From NCBI GenBank assembly GCA_036172245.1, contig JAYWIR010000023.1, positions 930,001 to 994,000 on the forward strand: a stretch of 64,000 bases of DNA. Reading direction: 5' to 3'. The position numbers were made by a program, and so were the translations under genes. The notes under the pieces were generated by a model. That model did not search any database. It was not told the DNA's origin and saw nothing but the letters and a program-made list of their open reading frames with translations. The stretch is from Raillietiella orientalis (Eukaryota). This document shows, one piece after another, positions 12,267-25,200 of this stretch; position 1 is the first letter of the stretch, and each line of letters opens with the position of its first letter.

Positions 12267-14769
12267 CTTCCGCTATTTACATGCAGCCAGATTTATCTAT
12301 CGTGTGTTCCGCTACACCAAAAGAAATAAGATGTCGGCAATAGCAGTAGCCACATAATGCGCAACGGAGACCAGTCCGGTCCCATACAATCAATTTATTG
12401 AATTAAATGTGAACACATTAAAGAAAAATCTATTTTATGATGAGCATTGTGATTTCAGCAATCTCCAAACTTTAACAAGGTCTCCACAGTGAATGCATTA
12501 ATATCTATATCATCTAAGAAACAAAGCAAATCGTTAAATAATAGCGAGTACATTATTTTGAACGGAAAAGTAATTTGCTCTTTTAAAGTGTCTCTTTTTG
12601 GAAACACTGATTTGAAAACTGTCCTACTAACTATAACAGTCAAAAAAGTCCATTCATTTTGAAACAAATTCATAGATTTTGGTACTGTCTTGTCTTAGGT
12701 CGAATCCGTAAGACAAAAATCCTTACATTCGAAGAGTGAAAACCAAAAAAGAATTGCATGTCTATCGAGTAGTTGTAATTTTATCAGGATTAGAATCATC
12801 CTTAGAAAGAGAATAAGTTCGATCAAGGCGACACATCTAGAAAGCATTCGATGTTCAGGAATATGGAACAAGCTGTTGTTCAGAGATTTAAAGAATTTCA
12901 GAGTTTATCCCAAAGAGATTTCGATTTCTTTCTTTCATTTCTTCTTTTTTCTGAGGGAGACAGTTTTCCTTCTGTTCTATATAGTCCTGAGTAAGAATAT
13001 AACTAATTATAGGTAATTTTGATCTTAGTTTATACCACTGCTTCAATAATATATCTTCCTCCCATAATTATAACCAGTAACTTAACGATTGAAGGATACA
13101 TATTGCATCCTGGATAATTACTGTATCTTCATTGCATTGTATTATTAATGTTGTAATTCTTCTACCCAATTTTTAGCTTGTGAATTCAGAAAAGAAAAAG
13201 TATACACGATACATTTCACGTGGATGTCACAAAAAGTACGGTTAAATGTGCTTTCAAAACTCAAAAATACACAATACTGTATTGGAGAGCAAATCGTAGG
13301 AATAAAATGGAAAACATTCTATTCTCTAATTCATCATGAATAGTATTGATTCTTAAGAATGTCCTTCCATTATTATAAAAGTCGAAGTATTCCATTTTAG
13401 TATAATAAAGGTTTGATGATGCTCGTAGGGATTTATCTACGTTATTTTTTGGTAGATGACTACAATATGTGTAAGAATACAAGAATTAATAGTCTTGACA
13501 TCTGAGGGATGGAGACTTGTACACAGTGTCACCGCTAGAAGATTGTGTTAGCAAGGATTGCATGTAGAAAATATTTTTCATATTGCAACATGCTTGTGCA
13601 TTTATGTGCAATTAAATATTTGATTTTTTTCCTGTTAATTATGAGAGGCATCTATTGATAAAATAATAGTAAAAACAATCACATATTCTATCTTTCTGAA
13701 ATGAAATGTGTGATTATTATGTGAAGAATCGCAAATAAATGCTAACAAATTGATTATTGCCTGGTTTAACGATTCAGCTATGTTTTGGATGTTGCATGAA
13801 ACAGTTTTTCAATGTAGGAAGAATCATCTTCATTCATTAGCAGAAATTGTGTTTTTTACAAGGCCTTGGTGATTAATTCGTTTAACTAACAATCTCATAA
13901 TAAATGGATTTATTCATCCATTTATTCTTTTGTATTTTATTGATCAGCTTGTGTTTGGTCACCACTTATTGGAAGAAAGCGATCTGACTCTATGTGATAA
14001 GGCATGTCATACTGAAATTTCCTGTAACTGCAGGATTTTGCAAGTGTCCAAAGGATCGGGCTACCATCATTTCATGCGATTTGTTTTTCTTTATTGGTTT
14101 TGTTAGATTCATTCCTTCTTCTTTCAAAGTGTAATGTTCTCATGTCATCGTTTCAGTTTTTTTTGCAAAGAAGAGAAGAAATGTAATTGGAAAAAATAAT
14201 GAGATTTGTGAGTTTTTTTGTGCCTGCATAGATATCATTCAAGAGATTTTGTGGCACTCCTTAGAGTATGTGCTAAAGAGTCAATAATTATTTAATATAA
14301 TGTGCATTTAAAAAGATTGTGAATGATGATTTCAATTCAGAACTTTCGGATTTTTCTTTTGATGAATGAAGAGAGTGCTTGATCTAGTCGCAAATTTGGT
14401 GACAAATGGAGAGTAATATTCTGTTTATAACGAACACGTCAAGATACTTCAAGAATTTCATCTTTTTTCCAATCAGATGTTAAATTTTATTAATATCTGA
14501 AAGAATGAAAAATAAAGAGTAAAACGCAAGCGTATTCTTTATTGTTTATGGCCTCCTTCTTCCAACTCGTATAAATGGGGAAATAGAAGTTTTGAAATTT
14601 GTCAAACATAATTTTGAGGATTTCTTTGTCATCCAAAACTGTTTTCGTTGTCATAAGTGCGACTTTTTCAGTACAGTTATCAATCTTACTTTTCTCAGAT
14701 CATCAAGTGCACATATGTCATCACTGAACCAAAAATACCTGGTACTTCTTAGCATCTTAGGATGATCAC

Positions 14770-14945
14770 CGAGTGCGTGACGGATGTTGTAATTTCGTTT
14801 TATTTCTAGCTTGTTTTCGGAGCCTCAGAAATGTCGGGCCCAAGGCATTTGTTAATCAGGAAGTGTTTGGCTGATGATATAGTTTTGTTACGTTTCTTCT
14901 TTCACGGTTGAGTATCTTAATTGCAATATGTTATCCTAATTCTTA
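14770..14945 (+). mobile_element. Short fossil non-LTR reverse transcriptase fragment
   Basis: RVRDGCCNFVLF (from 14770; cf. GVRQGCxLSPxLF), then after a frameshift CLADDIVLL (14864-14890; cf. YADDIVLL), then EYLNCNMLS* (cf. EWLxxNxLxLN). Spacing is plausible. Confidence 0.35.
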
Positions 14946-17900
14946 ATTCTAATTTGCATAACAAAATTTTGATATAACTTTTTTTTTCTTTCAATTCAGT
15001 GGCTTGATTCTGCAATACGAGTTTAACCTGTTAACTGTAGTTTGTTTCATTCGGGTGTTTCCATGGAATAATTAGTTTAAGGCTAATCGTACGAAATGTA
15101 TTACCATTTTGCTAGCAGCTCAAATGTGGCCAACGTGTACCGCAGTGGGCGCTTTCGCTTATGCCCCGAGTGAAGGCTTGTAGAATACGATCTTCGAAGG
15201 TCTATTAGCTTGTGGAAAACTTCGCTGCATGATCTTTCAACAGCATTGATGAATCGTACTTTTCGTTGCTTAAGAGTCCTGATTCAGCTTTGGAGTCTCA
15301 TCGTGTCCAGTGCTAACCACTACTGATGCGGTATCCCTGGTGATACTGAATGGAGTTGTATACGCTAAGCGTGCCTCTGTTACCATAAAACGGAGCTACG
15401 GGAATCTGTTTTACTTTCAAATGAAAATAAATAATATCGGATAACCTTTTTCCCTTACAGGATTTTAACAAATGTGTAGAAAAAAAAGGATTTTTGTTTG
15501 TTCTTTTGGTACTTTCCAAAGACGCTGCCTAGATGCATTTAGACTTGAAAATCAAACCACAATCTATTTTTCTTTATTTCATTTCAGCCTTGATCTTTCG
15601 AGCTTTCTATCGATACATCTTCCCAGGATGGAAGAAGTATCATGTTGCATATTTGCTTTTTTTTTCTTTCCAAAGTTCCCGTCATTCAACTTCTAATATT
15701 CGGTTTCTAATAATGCATTCTTCGGCAAGTTTCTTCAAGTATACCGAGGATTTCATTCCCCAAAGAGATGGATATCTCTCAAGCAGAAAGATCATGAGGT
15801 GAAAGGACATTCCAGAGATCCATTTGGAATGACGTTTCAGAAATCACTTCTAAAGATAAAGGAATACGTGGGAGAGGGATTTCATTACATGCTCAAGACT
15901 ATGCTTCCCCCAAACCCAGAGTATCTCTCAACCTAGCAGGAGTGTTCCTATTCAAAAAGAGAGGGGGTAGGTGCCGGTAAATAGGAATTGTGTGACTCTC
16001 CATGTGAGAATTTATGAAGACTTGCTCATCCAGATGACAACAGTACCAGTACTCTCGTCGCTTGCATGTCTTTAATACTGCACCTCAGCCATAAGATCTA
16101 CAATAACATTTGAGGTCTTAATTTTGCTCCACTTTGAATACATATTGCGCGCTTATGTATTCAAAGTATTGTCATTTATCCTTCTACTTCTGCCCTATTC
16201 CCAACTTCATTCACAAGGATCGCAAGAACGAATTGAACGAAGGCTTTTTGATCATGAGATGGCACTCTGTCAGCTGACTGGCAGAATCTGAACGAATTTT
16301 CAGTCGGCGAAACACATTGCTCGGCAATGACTACAGCAACCTCAAATTCAGGTAATCAATCGTGCGGCAAGCAGGTGCACCCATCGGCCGAAATATACCG
16401 ATCTCATTTCTCAGATCTCAGCTGCCACTGCTGAGATCAGTCATTGCTTGGTCGAACGAACCCAAATAAATGCAAATTCAAATCGAAAAGAGACTGATTT
16501 TTCTCTGGGACATACGGGCTCATGGCAACGATCTTGTCTTTTGTACGACAAATGTACTTTTCGATACAAATGTGTAATATTTTTCCACTGTTCGCACTTG
16601 ATCAGCAAATTCGCGAGGGCACTGTTTGGTTCAAAGTCCGCGTTACTTCTAAGATGAAGCCATTCCTTGTGTAATTTACAGAATAAAAATATTCAGTTTT
16701 TGAAATGCTGGCTCTTACCCGGAATCTTGGACAAGAAACTTCAGGGCAGGATTGTAATTGGTGCAATCCATCTGCACTGCTGGGCAAGTGGAAGAATTCT
16801 TAACGAAACGTTCTCTCAAAAGAGAAAGCTTACGTCATTTCAAAACATAAGCATGTTGACATTGCCAATAGCTTGAAATCTTGCCTAAAAGAAAGCTGGC
16901 ACACACTTATACAGATCTAAAGAACAATAAATAATAGGGTTCGCAAACATCAATTTTTTTTAATCAGATTTTCAGATGGGAATCCAAACCGCTGCTTGAA
17001 TTCCAATTTGAAAATCTGATTTCTTCTTTCACCTTTGATGACTCGAATTTAAATGTCATACACTTTCAATGGATAATTTTTTTTTAGGGCTTATCTTGGG
17101 CATAAAAATTTGGCAGGACTTTGTTCGATTTCTGGTGGCTGCTCTAGAAATCCCATATTGTGAAGCGCTTTTCTTCTACTCTGGCTGCATCCGGAGTCAT
17201 TTCAGCTCAGCAAGTAGCAACTGAGCAGACTCCATTTTTCAATAAGTATTACTGCTGCTGCATTACACTTTTTGCATCTCTTTGCAATTCATCTCAACCT
17301 CTGAAAATTATTGGCACTGAAATGATGAAAAGTCCTCAAATTTGAATTTAACAGTTTGCATTAGCGCAGTTGTCTATAAGCATGCACATATGTGCAGTAG
17401 CACTGAAACGACTTTAGGCGAAATCATGTCAGTTTCGTGACCCTTTTCCCCCATTCTATTTAGTAGACGACACAACAGAACGAGAATAGCGAAGCTCTGC
17501 CGGAAGATGCAAGGCACTGAAATGAGAACCTGATGATACTGAAGGAACAAATATCTCTGCATGTTTTTAAGTGAAGGAACAAAGTAGTTTCTCAGAAGGT
17601 GTTTTTTTTTGTTAAGAAATTTTGAGAAGTTACTAATGCTAGGAGATGTCTCCATCTCCTACCACTAGCCTCGATTATTTCCATTTCTCCAGAAGTGAGA
17701 ATTATAACTGGTTAATGTTTGGACCGAATTCAGACTGGATCGAAATGCATATTCCTACTCCAACAAATCATGCAAATCCAGTACAAAGATAATTCTAGAA
17801 TGGTTCATAAGGATGGTTTTCTGTCGTTTCTGTGGAAATACAGGACTGGGAGCCAAATCGGGATGCATTCTTCATTAGCACTGCGTGCTTGGAAAGAGTG

Positions 17901-20900
17901 GAAGGGCTATTTCATCTTTCATCTTTCTTTTCCATTTTGAAAGCCTCGAGAGGGCAGTCTGGTAGGTAGCTGGGTCGATCCCAAGAGGAGTAAACCAAAA
18001 TCAGAGAATGATTTAGGATGATCTGGATGATAGGGGAAGATAAGAAATGGTGAGGTGTTCCGTCTCCATCCAAAGGTGGCAACAAGATGCAAAGTAACAA
18101 ACATATTGGATTTCGGAAGATGGCAGCAGCACATACCTCATTGACAGTCGCTGCATCTCAATCTGGAAACTCTCAGTTGCTGATAACACATCGCTACGAA
18201 TCACGTGACGAGAAGTTCAGGAGAGGGCCGAAACTGAAACAGAGATGATCCGAAAGATGAGGTTAAAAAAATGCTCACACAGTCGATCAATCGATTACAT
18301 CGAATCGATCTCGTCTATCATCGATCCTCCACGTCTCCAAGGTTGCGACCATTGGAGAGAAGGTAAGGAAATGGGAAGCTGGCACTAGCGTCTTGGAGGA
18401 GAAACGTGGTCGGATCATTCTGATTCGGTTGCATTTCGTCGCAGGGATACATGAACTGCGAGCAGAGTAACCGCACCCCCATGCGCCCATTCGTGTAGTC
18501 TGGGAGCTTCTGAAAAGACACATTAGCGTGGATTTGAGAATCGCGGTGCTTCGAAATCGAAAGAAGGAAGAAAAGTCTGAAGACTTCAGAAGTAATAGAA
18601 GAGCGGGGAAAAACCAGTCGTCCCAGCTATTAGGTGCAACAAGTCCGCCAACATTCTGCACCCCAGTGACCACAGGAAGGTCCACTTTTCCTGACTCATG
18701 CAAGATGTGTTCCGTGTTTTCGGCTTGCCTCGACCCTTTTCAAAGTTACCTGGGGAAGGGAAGGAACTCTTGTATTTTCACTACGTCAGAGAAGGACCTG
18801 AACAATTGTGTGGATCTTAAAGAAGAGGAAACTGCAAACGCACCTTGGAGCTCGTGAGAACCAAATTTGTAATGGGAGCTTAACAGAGCTGGGGTGCTTA
18901 AAATCGGGAAGGTATGTCTTCGGTTTTCGAGCGGTATTTGGGCTTTGGAGAGGAATCTGAAGACCATTGGAAAAGAAGATCCCCTTTCAGGCAGCGCATC
19001 CTTGAAAAAAGTTTCCCTTTGCCTCCATGCTGCAGAAAATCAAGGAAGGTCACCACCACATCAGTTTTCGGATCCCTTTCAAAGGATCTCTAGAACGTTT
19101 CCTGGAAAGCAGGCGCGTCACCGGGTGGGAAACGAAGATTGAGTCGGTCCGGAGAGTTTCCTCGATGAGATCATTTGTAACGACCGCATCTTTTAGCGTG
19201 CTCCGCCGTCGAGCTGTTGTGAGCTGAGGTTGCTGAAATTCAACTGACAACGACGGCATTGACTTCGAGAGGTGCGGGTCTACAGGAGTGAAAGAGGTAC
19301 AAAAAAAAAACAGGGAACACGAAGAGAATCTGCAATTCCTTTTATCCGCTCTGAAATCCAAAAAAGAAAGCTTTCCTTCCTGTGGCACCTGCCATCGCAA
19401 AGTTCTTGTTGCGATTCACGGACACGACGACGCTTCCAAGGTAGCCGAAGTTCCTCACCTCCCATACAGATTGATTGGAGATTGATTTGGAGATGATTTG
19501 GAGATGGCGGTGGGATGAAGCGACTGGCTCGGATTCTCAGCTTAAGACCGATGATCGTTCTTGAGTCCAATGATTCCTGACGTCCTTTCCCTCCCTGCCG
19601 GAAAGCAAAAAATGAAAGTGGTGGGGATGGAGGAGGCTGTTGCGATCTCGCGTGCGATTACGGTTCGCGCGATATCGCCGGTTGCTGGCTGTGGATTGCA
19701 GATCTGCTCTCTTCCCAGCGTGTTGCATGGTGGTAATTGCGCCGTGCATCCGTACAGCGTGATCGAACGATTCGGGACGCAGGTAGCATGGTTCTCCCCT
19801 CTCCCACCCACTTTCTCATTCCTGTGCTGCGTTTTTGTGTCTTCTGCAAATTCCAGACGTGCTCACGAGCAGCGTTTTGCGATCGGAGAGTTCCATGCGT
19901 TCGATCAGCTGGTCACGGCCTGAGACAACTCTGACCGACTGGTGCCGCATCGAGCATACTTCCTCAAGGTGAGAGGAACCACGTTCAGGTATGCTGCTCA
20001 GAACTGTCCAATCATATTCATGGGATACCTGACAGATCGTCGAGGAAAACTGAAACTGAAGGGATGGCCCATTTTCCGCGGTGTCTCTTCGTGTCTTTAG
20101 ATCAAAGTCCAGTCATCGAATCTAGATTGGGAAGCAACTGGGAAAAGTTTTGGGATCTTTTTAATAGGCATGTAGAAATACACAGAGGTTTCAGATCTTG
20201 AATTTCTTGAGCTCGAAGCGGGCAGCTGCCAGGTGCTTCAGGGTTTTTCCCAGACGAGATCCCAAAATTTCCCATCGCAGGAGCCCAGAAATGTGTGCAA
20301 GCATCCACGAGCTCCTGGGAGGAATTCAAACGCAATACGGATGAGTGTTCTTGGCAACAGCTCTTGCCTCTCCCGTTCAGAAAAACGTCTGCCAACCGAA
20401 GCAGAGTCTACCTTATTCTTTGTTAATTTTTAAGTGGTTCCTTTTCACTCTCTCATCACTGATTTCGTCTCGGGAGTATCCTTCTTGGAAAGGCACGAGT
20501 GAAAAAAAAAAAAAAAAACGTTAGAAAAGGTCCAACATCCCTTTATCATTCCTTTTGGTCCCCCATTTGCTACTTTGCCAGCGTCCGGTCGAAAATGATT
20601 CTGGGTCCTTTGGAGGAGAGAATATGAAGGTAACCTTGCTGAATGCCCCACTGAACGAGAGGAGTAAGGAAGGATCACTCTTGAAACTACAGATAGGTAC
20701 ACCGAACTTGTGATTTCAAATTGCACCGTAACCAAGGACACGCAAAAAACTCTACGAGGCAGAGAGAGCGCATCCAACCTTTGAAGTGCTCGAGATACTC
20801 CAAGGAAACTCGGCTAGAAAAGCCTTGAATTGTGAGACGGATCTCGTTTCATGGAGAACCATTCTCTGGTGGGAACGGCGAATTGGCTTTCCAATGAACA

Positions 20901-21104
20901 AGAGGAGGAGGAAGAGGAGGAGAGCAGACTCATTTCTTGAGACGATCGGGATTTGCCGATCTCAAAAGCGATTGCCCACGTTCGAAAGTCCTCAAGCACG
21001 AGATGCGGAGCAAGGGATTTGAAGATCACACAAGGGGAGCTCACGTCCGTGAGCTGGAAGGACAGCAGCAGAGAAGATGACGCCAGCTGCGAAATTCGGG
21101 AGAA

Positions 21105-21835
21105 CTAGATGCCGGCGAGACTTTGCAGACGCCAGGTCGAAGTTTGGGAGAACAGAAGGAAGCGGCTCTTTAAATATCTACCCAAACACAGCAGCAAAAT
21201 ATGCAGCCGCCATATTCTTTCCCGATTGTTTGGAAACGCTTTTATTAGAAGCTCCATTGTTAATGATAGGCGGGCACTGAAAAAAACAAAAGCATACATC
21301 CAATACCCAACCAAGGATAGAACGGAGATGCCGATTAGATGGTTTTTAGGAACCATAAGTATTTCATGTGTCCAAAAGATGCCAGCTTCCATCTCGAACA
21401 CCGTGAACATCAGGTCGAAGGCCTCGCTGGTCCCAGAAAGCAAAATGCGGAACATCCTGAAAGTAAAGAATCTGCACGGAGTGCTTTGAGAGTGTTGAAT
21501 TCGGTGAACTCGACGAAACATGGGATAAGAAGGATTCGCATGCTGAAGGATAGGTTCATTATCCTGTGATCCCAAGGAAGCACGCGTGATCTTTTGAATA
21601 CTCCTATCTGTTATGTTTCATGCCATTAAAAAATACTTTGAAATACTCTGACCCTGCTCTTTAAAAACCTAGTCCTTAGATCATACTGAGCTGCTAAGTG
21701 GTTGGAAACTCGAAGGAAGGCAGAAGAATGGGTAAAAACCATCAGGTGATGGCACAGAGCTGACGGGTGGCTGCTGGAGAGTAGCGCGATTTTATGCTTC
21801 AAAGCAGTCGTAGCCGAAGTACGAAGAAAATTCAC
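21105..21835 (-). mobile_element. Possible ancient LINE RT fossil with catalytic motifs lost
   Basis: ORFs 21626-21835 and 21105-21575 show RT-like motif order: LMVFTHS...LKSRVRVFQSIF, FRRVH, SEAFDLM, KNHLIG, and FLLFSQT 90 aa after AFD, where FADD is expected. Similarity is weak. Confidence 0.3.
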
Positions 21836-22299
21836 AGCTCTTATAGGAAGCGAGGCACTCCGAATAGTTCAGAGAAGCGGAGGCCGGATGAAGCGCTAAT
21901 AGATCTTCCAGCATTTCAAACCTGTTTGCTTGAGATAGATGCACCGGGATAGGGAGAGACGGAAGCTAGTGCTGATGTTCCACGAAAGGCGAGACCCGAA
22001 AAGACTCGTCTTGCCTTTAACTCACTGCCTAAAAAGAATATCTTAAAGAATGTCGCAACTCGAAGAAGAATTTCCAGATTCTGAAGATTTTCATCCCTGG
22101 AGTTTCCAGATGGGGGACGTATCTTAAATCTCTTCCTAGGAAAATCATTACGCTTCTCGAATCAGACCGAACCATTGCTGTTGAGCTGGAGTAGCTGTTT
22201 ATTTATCTATTTATTTTTTTCCTTTCACCTATTCATCGATCTATTTATTTCATTTATCTATTTTCTTTAGACAAAATACCCATTTGGGATACTCCAGAC

Positions 22300-25200
22300 A
22301 GGGTTAAATTGGGGTGCTGATGCCTTGCTCTCTTTCCTCGTGTCCGTTCATTCTTTGCAGTAACAAAACTCAAAAATGTTGCAGTCTGAAAAAGGACGGT
22401 TCCAGGAAAGATCCCTCGTCGTCTTGGAAAATCTCGTCTTCGGTACAGTGTGGGAGCACCTGGTTCCGGGATAGTCAGTTTTCTGCTATCCAGAGATCGG
22501 CGTACGGAGAGCGTCACGTATGAGTGGCCTTGCAGGGTTCGGTCCAGTGTGTGTTGGGATGGGTTCACCTACTTCCACCACATTAGTTTGGATGGGACCA
22601 CGGTAAGGATGCTCCCAGGTTTCATTCTCCGGGCTTCGTTGCGCCTTTACGTGGGTAACACGAGAGCTCCTGATTCTTCCGGAAGGGAGAAGGTAGAATG
22701 GAGCAGCGAATCGCATCTGCGCTCTGCCTAGGGGGATCAGCACAGAAAGGTTCTTCGGCTGCGTTTCGGTAGGTGTTCTCCACGAAAGGCGAGGCCTAAC
22801 CGATCGAAGGGTATTCCACGGGATGGGATGATGATGCCGTGGCAAGTTTGCAACCGGTGCTGCTGGAAGCTTCACTTCGAGCAATCAGTAGCAGCGCGGC
22901 CGGTTTCCCAGGAGTGGAAGTCGGGCTCGCGGTACGCAACAAGGAAACATCCTCGTTACGTCCTTAGATTTTGGAAGAAGCGCGCATCTCTGAGATCCTT
23001 TCTCAGCACCGCGTGCATGCGGCACTCATCTCTGATCGTTGCCGCGGGAAATTCGAGGATTTTCTGTGTGTCACCTCCTCCTATGGAAGACTCTGGGCAG
23101 CGGGACGCCTCCATCTAAGCAGAAAGAAACTGCTTCTGCATCCGGGGTCTTTCGAAGAAGGAAGAAGAAAACATCATGCTCCTCCCTCCCTTCCCCTTCC
23201 TTCCGCACACCCTTTTCACTTGGTCGTTGCAACGGGTCGGGTTCCTATGGAAGATGTGGACCACTCGATTGGTCGTTGCGTGGGCGGCACAAAGAAACGG
23301 GAGAGAAAACGCCCAGCAGGCTGCGATCACGCTCGTTTCTTTCCTTCGAGCTAGGGAGGAGCTTCTCGCTGCATTGGTTGCCATGCAGTCCCATAGAACA
23401 AGAGGGATGGATCCGCATCAGTCTTCCCAGCTACTCACCTTTACGAACACAAATTGGAGCGGGATGGGACAGCGGCTTAAGAGAACAGGCAGCCTTCGGC
23501 TCCTTCCGCGTGTTCAAGGGAACCGTGCTGCGCACGAAGTACGCGCACCATCGGCACGTTTTTCCTGTCTGCAGACTTTTGCCCTTCCTTCGTCGGCGGC
23601 CGAGGCAATCATTTAGCCGTAGGAGTGGTCTTCCGCCACCGCCTTCTTCTCCTGCGGTCCCAGGCGGCTCCCTGCGGTTGTCCGTCCCGCCCCGTTGGCT
23701 TCACAGCTTCCTAGCTCCGAGCACCAAGTCGATAGTGCGCGGGTCCTCTCCTTCTCTGCCGTCCTCGCGCGTGACACGCGCCCAGAAACAGTCGAGGGGG
23801 ATCTGCTCTGATTTCCGCGCCCTTGAGGCAGCGAGTCGAAGGCTCCCAGGGGACGATCGTCCCAAGAAGCGGCGCCGGTGCGCCCCCAAGGAAATCTCGG
23901 GGGTAGCGACATGAGGGGAACCCCCCTTTGCCACGTTTCTCCTGACATTTTCCGGTCGATCGCCTTTCCATTTGGCGGTGCACCTTAGGGAGATGCCACC
24001 TCCGCCTGCGCGGCGAGGCGCTGTCTCCCCGGCTATATCGACCTCCCGAACACGAAAGACTGGACGGAGTGTGGTGCGGGAAGGGAGGGACAAGGGACAG
24101 CGCGTGAGCGAAGGGAGGCAACGGGGGCGCGCGGGATCGTCTCACAAGGGATCCTGAGAAGCAGCAGAAGGGAAAGAAGGGAAAGGGACCGGGTGATTTC
24201 CGTTGGCTGGCCTCGCTTTCGCTTCGCTTCCCTCGGCCTCGAAGGGATTCCGTGAAGAGGGAGGTCCCCCGCCTTTGCTCGCGCGAGTGCAGGGAGGGGG
24301 ACAGGGAATGTCCCCTTCCCTCCCCCGAGGGCAAAAGAGCGCCTGACGAATTTTCCGTCTGGTGGAGTTCAGCCTTCGGACTGTTGCTGAGGAAATTACG
24401 AGCATTTCTTCTCTCAAACACCCTCCCCTCCCCTCCTCCCCTTTTCCCTCTCTCTGTTTTACTTCGCACCGCGGATTTCCGTCCTCCATCGTGGCACTCT
24501 CCAAGACGGGGAAGGGCTGCGAGTGCAGTGAGAGGAGAGGCTCCGGACAACAGGCCATCTCCCGCTCTCGCTCTGCTCCAAAGCGAGAGGGAACAGCAGA
24601 GGGGCGGACTCTGGGAGAAGGATCAAGGAGAGGAAGAGGGATGGAGGGGGAGAGGAGGACGGGTGCGAGCCTGCTGCCTCTTCTGGCTGGCTGGCGCTTC
24701 CGTCGGAAGAAGTTGCTAAGGTCTCCACCAGGCAACCGCGGAGTGGAGCAGCGCAGCCGCTCGGGCGTTTCGCCGGCTGCCCCAGGCGGCCTCCCGGACG
24801 TGTCGCGGTCACGGTAGAGGGAGGCCTAATGGATCACGTCGCTCGATCCGCGAGTTCGGAGTCCTTCGGTGTGCGGTGACTCCAAGGATGCAGTCGATTC
24901 CACCGTGGGCAGGGGTCAAGGGAAAAGGGGAAGGAAACCCTGCAAGAGCGTTTCGCGGACTGCTGCGGTCCGCCAGGCGAGACGGGTGACCGCCGCCGCC
25001 TCTGGCCAACGACGGCCAGGAAGAGCACTCTCTTCTTACTCTCCTTTCCTCCTGATGTGTCTCTCCTGCGCTCGTCCCCTTGGATTTTCGCCGGCTTCTC
25101 TTGGCAGGGAAAAAGCTGCGGGAGCGCTAGGGCAACACGACATGAATTCCCCCATTCCTGCAGGCGTCGAGGAGAGAGGAAGAAAACCGCCGTTCCCTCC

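Noticed and set aside
15608..15615. Perfect DRE motif TATCGATA
   Set aside because: A single 8-mer over 3 kb from any identified gene start; expected by chance in AT-rich DNA.
15706..15740. SNNAFFGKFLQ resembling the family-B DNA polymerase KxxxNSxYGK motif (Polinton-like)
   Set aside because: The invariant Lys is absent, a stop lies just upstream, and no other PolB motif (DxxSLYP, YxDTDS) is nearby.
19469..19507. Three imperfect copies of GATTTGGAGAT
   Set aside because: Simple local slippage duplication with no spacers; not CRISPR-like.
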